DNA of 37,797 nucleotides from NCBI GenBank assembly GCA_964464795.1, contig CAYXHB010000002.1, positions 1 through 37,797 of the forward strand, written 5' to 3'. Each line of letters starts with the position of its first letter. The stretch's first letter is position 1. Position numbers and translations under genes: made by a program. Source of the stretch: an uncultured Gammaproteobacteria bacterium. Lineage in GTDB: Bacteria > Patescibacteriota > Microgenomatia > CAYXHB01. Positions 17,069 to 25,997 of the stretch are shown here, piece by piece. Below the pieces are notes generated by a model. The model saw only the letters and a list, made by a program, of their open reading frames with translations. It made no database searches and was not told where the DNA came from.

Positions 17069-17170
17069 ACCAGATTGCCCACGGCATGCTGCCATGGCGT
17101 GCACATGCACAAATTGATATGAAAAAACTATGGATAATTTGTGCTCGCCTCGATTCGAGTCGAGATGACG
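17069..17170 (+). repeat. Copy B of the ~100-nt multi-hairpin intergenic repeat
   Basis: It carries ACCAGATTGCCC (17069-17080), GCACATGCACAAATT (17101-17115) and TGGATAATTTGTG (17131-17143). A 9-bp stem pairs GCACAAATT (17107-17115) with AATTTGTGC (17136-17144). Between blocks 1 and 2 lies a hairpin whose sequence differs from the one in copy A. Confidence 0.65.
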
Positions 17171-17205
17171 GGAAATGGAGTGGAGGAGGTAGTGAATACA
17201 GAAAA

Positions 17206-17240
17206 GATCCTTCGTCCGTCAGCTGACGGATCGAAATGAC
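17206..17240. repeat. REP-like element with a perfect 16-bp palindrome
   Basis: TCCGTCAGCTGACGGA (17215-17230) is a perfect palindrome. It is flanked by GATCCTTCG and TCGAAATGAC; the GTCAT head reads on the opposite strand. Confidence 0.55.
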
Positions 17241-17314
17241 AAAAGAGAAGGGCAAGAACAATTCCATGTTTGTATTGAGGCGAGGTAGGCAATTCGTGTA
17301 AAGTGGAATTGTAT

Positions 17315-18739
17315 ATGGTTAAAGTTGGTCTTTATCTATTTGGATTGCTGTTGTCGTGTGTGTGGATGGGAGTAAACGCAGGGGATGTGCAGGCTCAGGC
17401 GAGGTTTTATATAGAAGGGGAGCAGGTTGTGGTAGTCGGCGAAACTTATAAGTATCATGTGTTCTTGGACAACACGAGTGGTGACTCGTCAATTAATGTG
17501 GTTCAGGCGACGGTTTCGATTCCTGGAAACTTTGGACAGGTTAAGGCTATATTCGCCGCTCCAGATGGATCAATTACAGGACTGTGTCTTATGAGTGTCG
17601 CACCACAGCCTGGAACTTCGGGTAAACCTCCACCTAATAACCAACAAACAACCCCATATTTTTATAATAATAATTATGTAAGCGCCTGTAATATAAATTC
17701 TCCCCTTGGAGGTAGAATTTATCTGGGTACGATGGAGCTTAATGCTAACACCCCAGGGGTCGTTTATCTTGCATTTAGCTCAACGGCTAACTATAACCTC
17801 GCGATTAAGCCAGAGCCACCATTCACTGTAGGTCTTGATATCTCATATTCACATGAAATTACTATTCTAGGTGCTGGCACACCAATGCCAACATATAGCT
17901 TAAGCGGAAAGATTCTACTGGATAGCAGTGGGTTGGACAATGTCACGGTAACTGCGGGTTCTAAATCTGCCCAAACAAATTCGTCTGGCAACTACACTAT
18001 CAATGGTCTGCTTCCTGGAAATTACAATGTAGTTCCTACGAAATCTGGATATACATTCACTCCACCCAATTATCCAGTAATAGTCACCTCTGTAAATATC
18101 GGTGATATAGACTTCATGGCAATAGCAAACCCGACAGCAGTGCCTACAGTAACACCAGCACCAACCTCGATACCTACTGGTGGCAGTGGCCAGTCATACT
18201 CACTGAGCGCGGACGATGTGAACTTTGTGAACGTGCAGCCTTTACCCACTCCGATTCCGGGTGATAATAGTCCACTGGAAGTCGTGGAGGAAGACAACAC
18301 CGTGCCTCCGCCGCCAGGTGATATTACACCCCGACCTCCGGCGACACCTTTTCCGACTCCTGATCCCAACGCAGTAGGCGGAGGTGGGGGTGACGATGGC
18401 GAGGTTTTATCGGTACAGTCTATCCGTGACCTACTTATTCCCGGCAAATCCAGAGCTGATAAAAATGTGGTGTTATTTAATTTTGTGTCGTTGCTGACTT
18501 TGTTAACGATCATCATTGTCATCATTTGGAGAATCATAATGTTGAAGCGGAAAAATAAGCTCAAACAAGAACATATCAGCGATTTAATTAATGGCGAATT
18601 GGCTGCCTTGGAAACTAAACTATCTGTATTGAATGAAAAAGACGGAGCTAAGTCGTTCCAAGCTGAGTTTGAGCAGACGGTTGACCATATACAGCAGGAG
18701 CTGTTGCTTAATAAGAAAGTCAAACAAGCGCCGGGTTAA
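17315..18739 (+). CDS. Scaffoldin-like anchored surface protein: cohesin-like N-domain, CarboxypepD_reg-like domain, Pro/Thr-rich linker, TM helix and cytoplasmic tail
   Basis: The signal peptide ends VQAQA. The N-terminal module has cohesin-like spacing (YKYHVFLDNT..INVVQATVSIPGNF..GRIYLGTMELNANTPGVVYLAF). SGKILLDSSGLDNVTVTAGSKSAQTNSSGNYTINGLLPGNYNVVPTKSGYTF matches the carboxypeptidase-regulatory-like fold pattern. A linker (PTAVPTVTPAPTSIPT, PPPPGDITPRPPATPFPTPDP) precedes the TM helix LLTLLTIIIVIIW and a ~70-aa charged tail. I chose the start at ATG 17315; the track uses GTG 17303. Confidence 0.65.
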   Translation: MVKVGLYLFGLLLSCVWMGVNAGDVQAQARFYIEGEQVVVVGETYKYHVFLDNTSGDSSINVVQATVSIPGNFGQVKAIFAAPDGSITGLCLMSVAPQPGTSGKPPPNNQQTTPYFYNNNYVSACNINSPLGGRIYLGTMELNANTPGVVYLAFSSTANYNLAIKPEPPFTVGLDISYSHEITILGAGTPMPTYSLSGKILLDSSGLDNVTVTAGSKSAQTNSSGNYTINGLLPGNYNVVPTKSGYTFTPPNYPVIVTSVNIGDIDFMAIANPTAVPTVTPAPTSIPTGGSGQSYSLSADDVNFVNVQPLPTPIPGDNSPLEVVEEDNTVPPPPGDITPRPPATPFPTPDPNAVGGGGGDDGEVLSVQSIRDLLIPGKSRADKNVVLFNFVSLLTLLTIIIVIIWRIIMLKRKNKLKQEHISDLINGELAALETKLSVLNEKDGAKSFQAEFEQTVDHIQQELLLNKKVKQAPG

Positions 18740-18770
18740 CCTCTTGAGTGTTACTGATACAATAAAACAA

Positions 18771-19871
18771 ATGATGAGCTTAAAGCGAGCGGGAGTTATT
18801 ACTTTGGTTGTGTTCAGTTTGTTCATGAGCGGATGCGGACTAAACACTTCTTCGATAACTGAAACGGGAATAGATGAAGAGATAGATCAGGGTGGACATC
18901 ATAATTTAGACAATCTCATGAAGAGCGGGAGTCTGATTGCGGTGAGACAATCTAGTCGCCTGCTGTTATTAAATCCAGAGACGAAAGAGTTCTCTGCTGT
19001 TTATGAACTTGGTGAAAATGAAATTCCTTTGGGTAATGAGTTATTTGATTTTGTGGTCTCTAAATCGGGCAAATGGATTGTCTGGTATACTGCTAATAAA
19101 GGATTACTGGTGTTGGATGTGGAAGCTGGAGAATCTGCGCTTGTGGCGGAAGCGAGTGATTGGGTGAATAGAAATCCTTACTTTGAGTTGGATGAAGATG
19201 ACTTACTTTATTGGATTGGAGACGATGGAGCAATTTTGAACAAGTTTGACCTGGAAACGAAAGAAAAACAAGCAATCCCTATTCCCTACCCGTTTGGGAA
19301 TATTTTTCGGGTGGCACCAAATAAAGAAAGATTTCTCTACATTACCGGATATAGCGATAACGCACAGCGGCCGCGGTTTATGTTTTCAGATAGGCAAGGA
19401 AATTTGCAGTCGACCTTTGCTTCGCAAGTCGAGTTATCAAGCAGATTTAATGTCGTCTGGACTCCGGACAGTCGTGGAGTGATAACTCTGTTTGACGGGC
19501 AGGCATGGATTTATCCTTATGAGAATCCAGAGAGTCCTACTCCATTTGTAACTCTTAGTCACGCTGAGGCCAGAGATATTACTCGGTCGGGAGATGAAAT
19601 ATTTATACTTGATTCACAAGGGTACTGGCATAAATACGACTATGAAAGCAGAAAAGAGCTGGCAAGAATTCCCACAGATATCGCCCGCGAGTTACGCCGT
19701 CCACAGTTTCATCCTTGGGGCGAGGATATGTTGTTAATAAATGAGATTTCCCAAAACGAAGAAAACAGATTCCAAAGACTATGGCTATCTAACTATAGAG
19801 GACAAAAAACTATGGTTTTGGCTCAATTTGGGGAGGCGACAGTAGGGGATTTTTCGCTACAATTGGATTAA
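18771..19871 (+). CDS. Lipoprotein, probably a TolB-like beta-propeller
   Basis: I chose the start at MMSLKRAGVITLVVFSLFMSGC, which has a lipobox-like SGC, after the stop of the previous gene. Repeated strand-turn motifs (WIVWYTANKGLLVLDVEAGE, LLYWIGDDGAILNKFDLETKE, VVWTPDSRGVITLFDG) resemble PD40-type blades. Confidence 0.6.
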   Translation: MMSLKRAGVITLVVFSLFMSGCGLNTSSITETGIDEEIDQGGHHNLDNLMKSGSLIAVRQSSRLLLLNPETKEFSAVYELGENEIPLGNELFDFVVSKSGKWIVWYTANKGLLVLDVEAGESALVAEASDWVNRNPYFELDEDDLLYWIGDDGAILNKFDLETKEKQAIPIPYPFGNIFRVAPNKERFLYITGYSDNAQRPRFMFSDRQGNLQSTFASQVELSSRFNVVWTPDSRGVITLFDGQAWIYPYENPESPTPFVTLSHAEARDITRSGDEIFILDSQGYWHKYDYESRKELARIPTDIARELRRPQFHPWGEDMLLINEISQNEENRFQRLWLSNYRGQKTMVLAQFGEATVGDFSLQLD

Positions 19872-19879
19872 AGACTAAA

Positions 19880-21439
19880 ATGAAATTTAGAAATATAAAA
19901 TTTGTCCAATTCCTGATGTGGGTAGTTGGAATTGCTTTATTTGTTGTTGCTTGGTGGATGAGTTTGATCATCTGGCCTGATTATGGTGAACCGTTTACTT
20001 ATGATCAGGCTCGTGATTTACTTGAGACTCGAGAACTGGTCCAAGGGCGGGATATTAAACTTCTTGGTCCAACAACCAGTATCAACGGGGTGCACTTGGG
20101 GCCTGTATATTATTATCTTTTATTACCTGGAATTTGGGTAGGAGGCGGCGATCCTCAGAGTGTACTTGATTGGCAAGTAAGTTTGTTCTTTATAAGCTGC
20201 ATAGGCTTATTTATCTGGGCAATGCGGAATAAAGATTGGGCGGTGATTTTGACAGCCTTAGTGATTGGCACGATGCCTGTAACAACTAGGTCAAGTCACT
20301 ATTTCTGGAATGCGCATTTTATGCTAACCAGCATGATTTGGCTTATCTGGATTTGGAAACTCGCCTCTAAAAATCAAAAAACTTGGTTATGGATTGGAGT
20401 AGGAATGGTATCGGGAGTTTGTTTACAAATGGAATCGGCTCTGGGCATAGTAGTTTTTCCAGCAATTATTATTAGGTTGTGGATGAAAAAATGGAAAAGT
20501 ACAATTAGATGGGTGATTGTGGGATTTGGTATCACTTTAATTCCACAAATTGTGTATGAGCTAACCCATGGAATGCAAATGAGTAAGTTACTCTTGCATG
20601 AGATAAACGGACAAGGTGTGCTAGGAGACCAAATCAACAACTGGAGTGACTTAATCCAAGACCGTTGGAGAATGTTAGTGAGTGTATTTATCTCGAGCTT
20701 TTCATTGCCTCCGGCATGGAGTTTAGGAGTGTTCGTGAGTTTGCTTTGGTTAGGATGGTGGGGAAGAAAAAAAGGCAAGGGCAAAAGTGAGATTGGGGTT
20801 CCAGGATTAATTTGGGTATTGGCAATAGCTCTTTACCTTGTTTATCCGTATCAACTCAAGCATTGGTATACATATGGATTGTGCGTGATACTCATGTGGG
20901 GATTCTGGGAATGGGTGGTTGGGAGTGGATATAAAAAGAGCGTGGTGGTGGGAGTTGGGATAGCTTTAATTTTATTTGCTAATGGACTGATTGAAGCGGA
21001 TAAATTTAAGCAATCTGCTGAAGCGATAAGTCTTGAAAACCCGAGTAGTTTAGTAAATCAAATAGAGGTAATAAAGGCTGCAGATAGTTTTTGTGGTGAC
21101 GATGACTATGCAATCCACACATTAGTTCCTGGGATTTATGATTATTCATATCAATACTTGGTTTGGTGGATGGGTAAGGAAGGACAAATTAGGCTCCCTT
21201 CTGTGATGAGCTATGAACCAGGCGTGCCTGCTTACGTTCCCAACTATGATAGCTTGTCGTGGAGTAACTCGTCAGATGAAACTAAAAATGTATGTGTAAT
21301 TATTGAGCCTGGGACGGAAAATTTGCAGCCTGGGTGGGAAGGGAGAATTGGTCTTGGTTGTGTGAGTGAAGAGAAAGTTTTTAATTTCGGAACCAGGGTG
21401 GAAAAACGCGTTAGTTGCGAGACGGAAAATGAAGTTTAA
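19880..21439 (+). CDS. Polytopic membrane protein, GT-C-type (ArnT/PMT_2-like) glycosyltransferase candidate
   Basis: The 519-aa ORF has about 12 hydrophobic helices and then a ~130-aa soluble C-terminus. The first external loop is acidic (YGEPFTYDQARDLLETRE). The start lies 8 nt after the lipoprotein gene stop. Confidence 0.5.
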   Translation: MKFRNIKFVQFLMWVVGIALFVVAWWMSLIIWPDYGEPFTYDQARDLLETRELVQGRDIKLLGPTTSINGVHLGPVYYYLLLPGIWVGGGDPQSVLDWQVSLFFISCIGLFIWAMRNKDWAVILTALVIGTMPVTTRSSHYFWNAHFMLTSMIWLIWIWKLASKNQKTWLWIGVGMVSGVCLQMESALGIVVFPAIIIRLWMKKWKSTIRWVIVGFGITLIPQIVYELTHGMQMSKLLLHEINGQGVLGDQINNWSDLIQDRWRMLVSVFISSFSLPPAWSLGVFVSLLWLGWWGRKKGKGKSEIGVPGLIWVLAIALYLVYPYQLKHWYTYGLCVILMWGFWEWVVGSGYKKSVVVGVGIALILFANGLIEADKFKQSAEAISLENPSSLVNQIEVIKAADSFCGDDDYAIHTLVPGIYDYSYQYLVWWMGKEGQIRLPSVMSYEPGVPAYVPNYDSLSWSNSSDETKNVCVIIEPGTENLQPGWEGRIGLGCVSEEKVFNFGTRVEKRVSCETENEV

Positions 21440-21466
21440 ATAACTAGACTCGCTGACGACACTATA

Positions 21467-23725
21467 TTAGTAGTCGATTGAGGACGTTTGATTTAGCATC
21501 TCTTGAGCTGGAGTGAAGTCTGGATTGTATTTAAGGATATACTCTAATTCCTGGCGGCTTTCGTTTAGATATCCGCCCTCGTAGTAAAGTTTGGCCAGCT
21601 CAAATCTGATGCCCGGCGATTGCGGATCGCGGAAAACTGCTTTGAGGAGAGTTTTGTAAGATTGGTTGAGTAACTCTGTGTCTAAACTGGCCTCACTGGC
21701 TGCCAATTCAGTTTGAGATTGTTTAAGAATTTCTTCAGCTGTGGGACTGATGCTTCCTGGGGCATAGAGTTCACCAGGGAGATCTTCAACCCCGGCAAGC
21801 AATTGGCGCGGTTGGGAAAATTGGGAGTTTAACTGGATGGCCAACTCCAGATGATAGCGGGCTTCAGTCAAATATCCTAGTTTCCCGTACAAAAAGCCGA
21901 GACTGAGATGCTTGTAAGCAAAATAATCTTTTAGTCCGGATTGGAAATAGTTTTTGGCTGGGGGAGAACTTTGGGAAAGAGTTTCTGACACCCAGTACTC
22001 TTGTTGGTTATCGGCAAGTGTGTCGGGAACTTGAGTTGTGACTTGGTATAAGTAACCTCTGGGAATGAGATAGAATGGATTAGCGTCAAACCCCATATAT
22101 TGACTGTAATATCCGTCTGGTTCAGAGAGGTATGTGGTTCGTTGACTGGCATTCCAACTGATTATGTCACTGGCAAAGAAGGGATTGTAAGAGTAAGGAT
22201 AACCTTGATATTGAGGGTTCTGGATTAAGAAATATTGGCGGTAATGGTTGTTTTTGAGTAGAACCGTGACGTCAGGGCGGTAGTCTTCAACAAGCTGTTC
22301 GTAAAGCAGACTGTAACATGAGATATCAGAGAAACAGATGATGACTGATTCTGGCTCGGCTGTGTCTAACATGCTTCGAGCGTAATCTTTGAGGAAGGTA
22401 TTGTCTGACTGGTTGGCGGTGAGGTAGTTGGCTTGGACTTGGTAAACTATTGAACCAACGATAACTAAAGAAAGCAGAATGTAGGAAGAGTTAGATTTGA
22501 GTTTGGAAGAGTTGTTGGATGACAAAAACCTGATAAGCCCGACCACGCTGATAACGGTTAACAAACCAAAGCTAATGTGACCAAGCTGGTACTGTCTATG
22601 TGAGATACCAATTCCAAGTCTGTAGTCTAAGCTTTCAGGAGAGTCCTCTGGCACACCCATATACACTCCGAACAGGAAACCTGAAACCAGCCAGAAACTA
22701 AAGGCAGTGATGAGTATCTGTTTGGGAAGGGTTCTCCAGCTGGCGGTTAATCCAATGACAGTGAGAGCTATGGCTGGCCAGGTAATTTGTTCAAACATAA
22801 ATTTAATATAGGCGACTGCCCCATTCAGGTAGAAACCTGGAGATTTGAAGTCTATGTATGCTGAGACAACCATCTCTTTATCCAAGATGGCACCGCTATA
22901 GTCCCGTCTGAAAATCAACCTCCACCAACCGTCAAAACTCTGGTCAAATACCCATGACATTGTTACTTGACGGCTGTTTAGCCAAAAAAGCAGAAGATTG
23001 GGAAGAAGCCAAAAGAGGAAAAGAACAGCCGTGCCTGGCAAAATGAGCTTGGGAAAAACTTGGGTCTTCCAGAAGTAAAACTTGGAGTGAAAAAATACCG
23101 CGCAGGTAGCAACCATGACTCCTGGGACAAGAAGGATAAAAGTGTGGACTGTCGACAGTCCCAAGCCCACACTGAGCCAGGCGATTAACCACCATTTCAA
23201 TGAGCCAAGGCGAGAGTCAGGTGTGATGCTAAGTTGCCATTTGATAACGGAAAGAAAAAGCAATCCGGCAAATAAGTTGTTGAGAGCGCCTACTTCAATA
23301 ATACCCCCGTAAAGCCAAAAAATAGCCGAGAAAGTCAAAAGCAGACTGGCAATAATTGGCAAAAGAGCCACGGAACGGTGACTTTCCGAAGAGCGCATAT
23401 GTTGAGCCAATGTATAGGCACAAAGAGCGACTAGCCCAACGGTGAAAGCGTGAGTAACCATGGCAAGAAGATTTGAACGGAAAGCAATCGAGGCAGCCAG
23501 GGGAATGAGAGAGAATAACTTAGATACAATTACCACCAAGGGGTATCCGGAAGGATGAGCCACTCCTAATAAATGGGCAATCGTGATAACTTCATCTGAG
23601 TCCCCGTAGCCGATGTTAGTTCTAGGGGCGGTTTGGTAATAAGCGAAGAAAGAAATCAAAACTACAAGCAGAATCGTAAAGATGGCGAATTTATGATTAC
23701 TTAGAAGATTGGTGACTGACTTCAT
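21467..23725 (-). CDS. DUF2723/TMEM260-like polytopic protein with C-terminal TPR repeats (putative protein O-glycosyltransferase)
   Basis: The 752-aa ORF has the N-terminal signature NIGYGDSDEVITIAHLLGVAHPSGYPL and many TM helices. The C-terminus has TPR-like repeats (LGFLYGKLGYLTEARYHLELAIQLN; LAKLYYEGGYLNESRQELEYILKYNP). Confidence 0.8.
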   Translation of the reverse strand: MKSVTNLLSNHKFAIFTILLVVLISFFAYYQTAPRTNIGYGDSDEVITIAHLLGVAHPSGYPLVVIVSKLFSLIPLAASIAFRSNLLAMVTHAFTVGLVALCAYTLAQHMRSSESHRSVALLPIIASLLLTFSAIFWLYGGIIEVGALNNLFAGLLFLSVIKWQLSITPDSRLGSLKWWLIAWLSVGLGLSTVHTFILLVPGVMVATCAVFFHSKFYFWKTQVFPKLILPGTAVLFLFWLLPNLLLFWLNSRQVTMSWVFDQSFDGWWRLIFRRDYSGAILDKEMVVSAYIDFKSPGFYLNGAVAYIKFMFEQITWPAIALTVIGLTASWRTLPKQILITAFSFWLVSGFLFGVYMGVPEDSPESLDYRLGIGISHRQYQLGHISFGLLTVISVVGLIRFLSSNNSSKLKSNSSYILLSLVIVGSIVYQVQANYLTANQSDNTFLKDYARSMLDTAEPESVIICFSDISCYSLLYEQLVEDYRPDVTVLLKNNHYRQYFLIQNPQYQGYPYSYNPFFASDIISWNASQRTTYLSEPDGYYSQYMGFDANPFYLIPRGYLYQVTTQVPDTLADNQQEYWVSETLSQSSPPAKNYFQSGLKDYFAYKHLSLGFLYGKLGYLTEARYHLELAIQLNSQFSQPRQLLAGVEDLPGELYAPGSISPTAEEILKQSQTELAASEASLDTELLNQSYKTLLKAVFRDPQSPGIRFELAKLYYEGGYLNESRQELEYILKYNPDFTPAQEMLNQTSSIDY

Positions 23726-25941
23726 AAAATAACCTGTCGTTGGGTAGTTGGTGTCTGAATCAAAGTATGCAAGTCTTGCAGGGCATCTTGAGCAGTTTGG
23801 TTGCTCGGGTCGAGAATGAGAACGTTGAGATACTCTTCCATTGACGACTCAATCAGTCCGTACTCTTTGAACGTAAGTGCCACGGCCAAACGGGCTTCCA
23901 CACTGTCTGGGTAAACCGCAATGGCACCAACAGCCATCTTATGAGCTACATCCAAACGTCGTTTCTGTTTCCATTCATCGATAAGACTAAGGAATTCAGC
24001 CAACGCGATTGGCTCCTCTCCTGGAGCGAAACGTGGGTCAATGTTGCTTGACTCAATTGAACGCCTGACGCCTTCGAAGTTGGTTTCAATCGGTTCTTGC
24101 AACCTAAGGTAGTCATCTAAGTTGCCAGCAATATTGAGTTCCTCACGAGCTTGGTTACGATAGTCTGAGCGCAACTGAATGACACTATTGAATTGGTAAC
24201 TTCTGATAACGTTACTTAGGTAATATAATCTCATTCTATCGTGACTCGGTATCGGTGTTTCTAATATCCAATTCGATAAACTAAAATCGCTTTGGGGGAA
24301 TTCTAACGGCTGAACGCGAGTTAACTCTCCATAAATTCCGTAAGGAACATAGTATGTAAAGCCTTCGTTAATTCCCAAAAGATGGTAATAATACTCTGAG
24401 ATTTCGACGGCGTATACAGGCCGTTTATCTATATTCCAAGTTATGTAATCGAAAGTTCTAAATGGGTCTTGAGTGTAAACGAAATTTTTAAGATTAGGAA
24501 TTTGTTCCAGCTGGGCAGCAGCTAAGGGATAAGCCCTGGGTAAAACTAACACATCTGGACGCAACCCATTGACTGACTGTTCGTACATTAGAGCAAAACA
24601 ACTAGTGTCAGTAAAACAGGCCACCAAAGCATTTGGTTTGAGTTGGGTAAGAACTGTTGAGTATGTTTGGGAAACGAATTTGAAGTTACGCAAATTAGAT
24701 TGAGGATATTGACGAACTAGTCCATTGATAAGAAAAAGAAGAGAAACAGAATAGATAATAAACAGAGTTTTGCGGGTTGGAATGTTAAGAACCGAGAGTC
24801 CGAGATTTAGACGATGTACAAAAAATACTAATCCAAAAGCAAAGAAAATAGGCCAAAATATATATCCCATTAACAGTAGTCTTTGAATGTTAGCCTGGGA
24901 GCCAAAGTGTTCCGGCCAGCCAAGGATGCCGGAGAAAAAAGGACCGGTTAAAATGAGACAAATGGCAAGGACAAAAGAAACTTGTCGGCTGAATTTGGTA
25001 AGAGCATAGAAACCGAATAAGGAAACTATCATAACGAGAACACCTATCTGGTCGGCAGTCAGCTCTAAGTATTGCGGCAAGAAGTTAAAGATGCTTTCTG
25101 GGTCGATGGTAGGCACGTAAGCATTAACCACTTGGCCTGTCTCAGTCACAACTCCAGCAAACTCTTGTCTACTAACATGGCGCCACAAACCGCGGACTCC
25201 AGGTTCAACCTGCCAGGAAAAAGCGGCAGCCTGGTTGTTTTGTAACCAAATAATTGAGTAAACAGCAATAACTACAGTCGCGAATACAGAGACTGATTGA
25301 ATCCAGTGATGAAGAGTTAGATGACGGATGTTTTTGATAAGGGCAAATAAAACTAAGGGGAATACAAGGATGACTGTGTGATGATGAGAAACAGCCAAAG
25401 CCAGAACAACGGCACTGACAATCCAAAACTTTTTGTCAGTAGGCTGTTTAACGACGGCTACCATACTTCGATATATCAAAGCGGTAGTTAAAAAAAGATG
25501 GAAGCTGAATACTTCAGTAACTGTACTGTATGTCCAGAATAGTGGAGTGGTTCCTAGAATCGAGGTTGAAATGAAAGCAATGATTTGTTGATTGAAAGTC
25601 GACTGTTTGACTTTGGCAGGTGTTAAGTTGGACAAAAGATAGCGAATAGTTTGATATATCAAAATTAGAGTTCCAACTGAAAAAACTGCGCTGAGAAGGT
25701 GGCCACGGAAAGCTGGTGTGCCGGCAATTAAAGATATTTTTGTCCAAATACTCAAGATAAACATATAAAGTGGATATCCAGGCGGGTGGGCAACGCCCCC
25801 ACCATAGGCAACCGAGAGCAGCTGGTCTGAATCAGAGTAGCCGACATTTACTTGCGGTAGAGTGGTGACGTATAGATATGTGAAGAGAAGTATCAGTAAA
25901 GTGACCCAGAAATTATCTTTTTGCCAGAAACGATTTATCAT
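23722..25941 (-). CDS. DUF2723/TMEM260-like polytopic protein with a C-terminal TPR region (paralog)
   Basis: The 739-aa ORF has the signature NVGYSDSDQLLSVAYGGGVAHPPGYPL and a TPR-like tail (ARLAVALTFKEYGLIESSMEEYLNVLILDPSN). Its stop overlaps the downstream paralog's start in an ATGA junction at 23722-23725. Confidence 0.8.
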   Translation of the reverse strand: MINRFWQKDNFWVTLLILLFTYLYVTTLPQVNVGYSDSDQLLSVAYGGGVAHPPGYPLYMFILSIWTKISLIAGTPAFRGHLLSAVFSVGTLILIYQTIRYLLSNLTPAKVKQSTFNQQIIAFISTSILGTTPLFWTYSTVTEVFSFHLFLTTALIYRSMVAVVKQPTDKKFWIVSAVVLALAVSHHHTVILVFPLVLFALIKNIRHLTLHHWIQSVSVFATVVIAVYSIIWLQNNQAAAFSWQVEPGVRGLWRHVSRQEFAGVVTETGQVVNAYVPTIDPESIFNFLPQYLELTADQIGVLVMIVSLFGFYALTKFSRQVSFVLAICLILTGPFFSGILGWPEHFGSQANIQRLLLMGYIFWPIFFAFGLVFFVHRLNLGLSVLNIPTRKTLFIIYSVSLLFLINGLVRQYPQSNLRNFKFVSQTYSTVLTQLKPNALVACFTDTSCFALMYEQSVNGLRPDVLVLPRAYPLAAAQLEQIPNLKNFVYTQDPFRTFDYITWNIDKRPVYAVEISEYYYHLLGINEGFTYYVPYGIYGELTRVQPLEFPQSDFSLSNWILETPIPSHDRMRLYYLSNVIRSYQFNSVIQLRSDYRNQAREELNIAGNLDDYLRLQEPIETNFEGVRRSIESSNIDPRFAPGEEPIALAEFLSLIDEWKQKRRLDVAHKMAVGAIAVYPDSVEARLAVALTFKEYGLIESSMEEYLNVLILDPSNQTAQDALQDLHTLIQTPTTQRQVIL

Positions 25942-25997
25942 ATTGAACAGCAGTATAGCGAATCAATTAAAGTTTACCAAATCGGAATTCAAGTTAG

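Noticed and set aside
18070-18723. A 217-aa minus-strand ORF with Gly/Ser/Pro tracts.
   Set aside because: It is the antisense image of the Pro/Thr-rich linker and TM region of the 17315-18739 gene. The + strand frame has a signal peptide, domains and an anchor.
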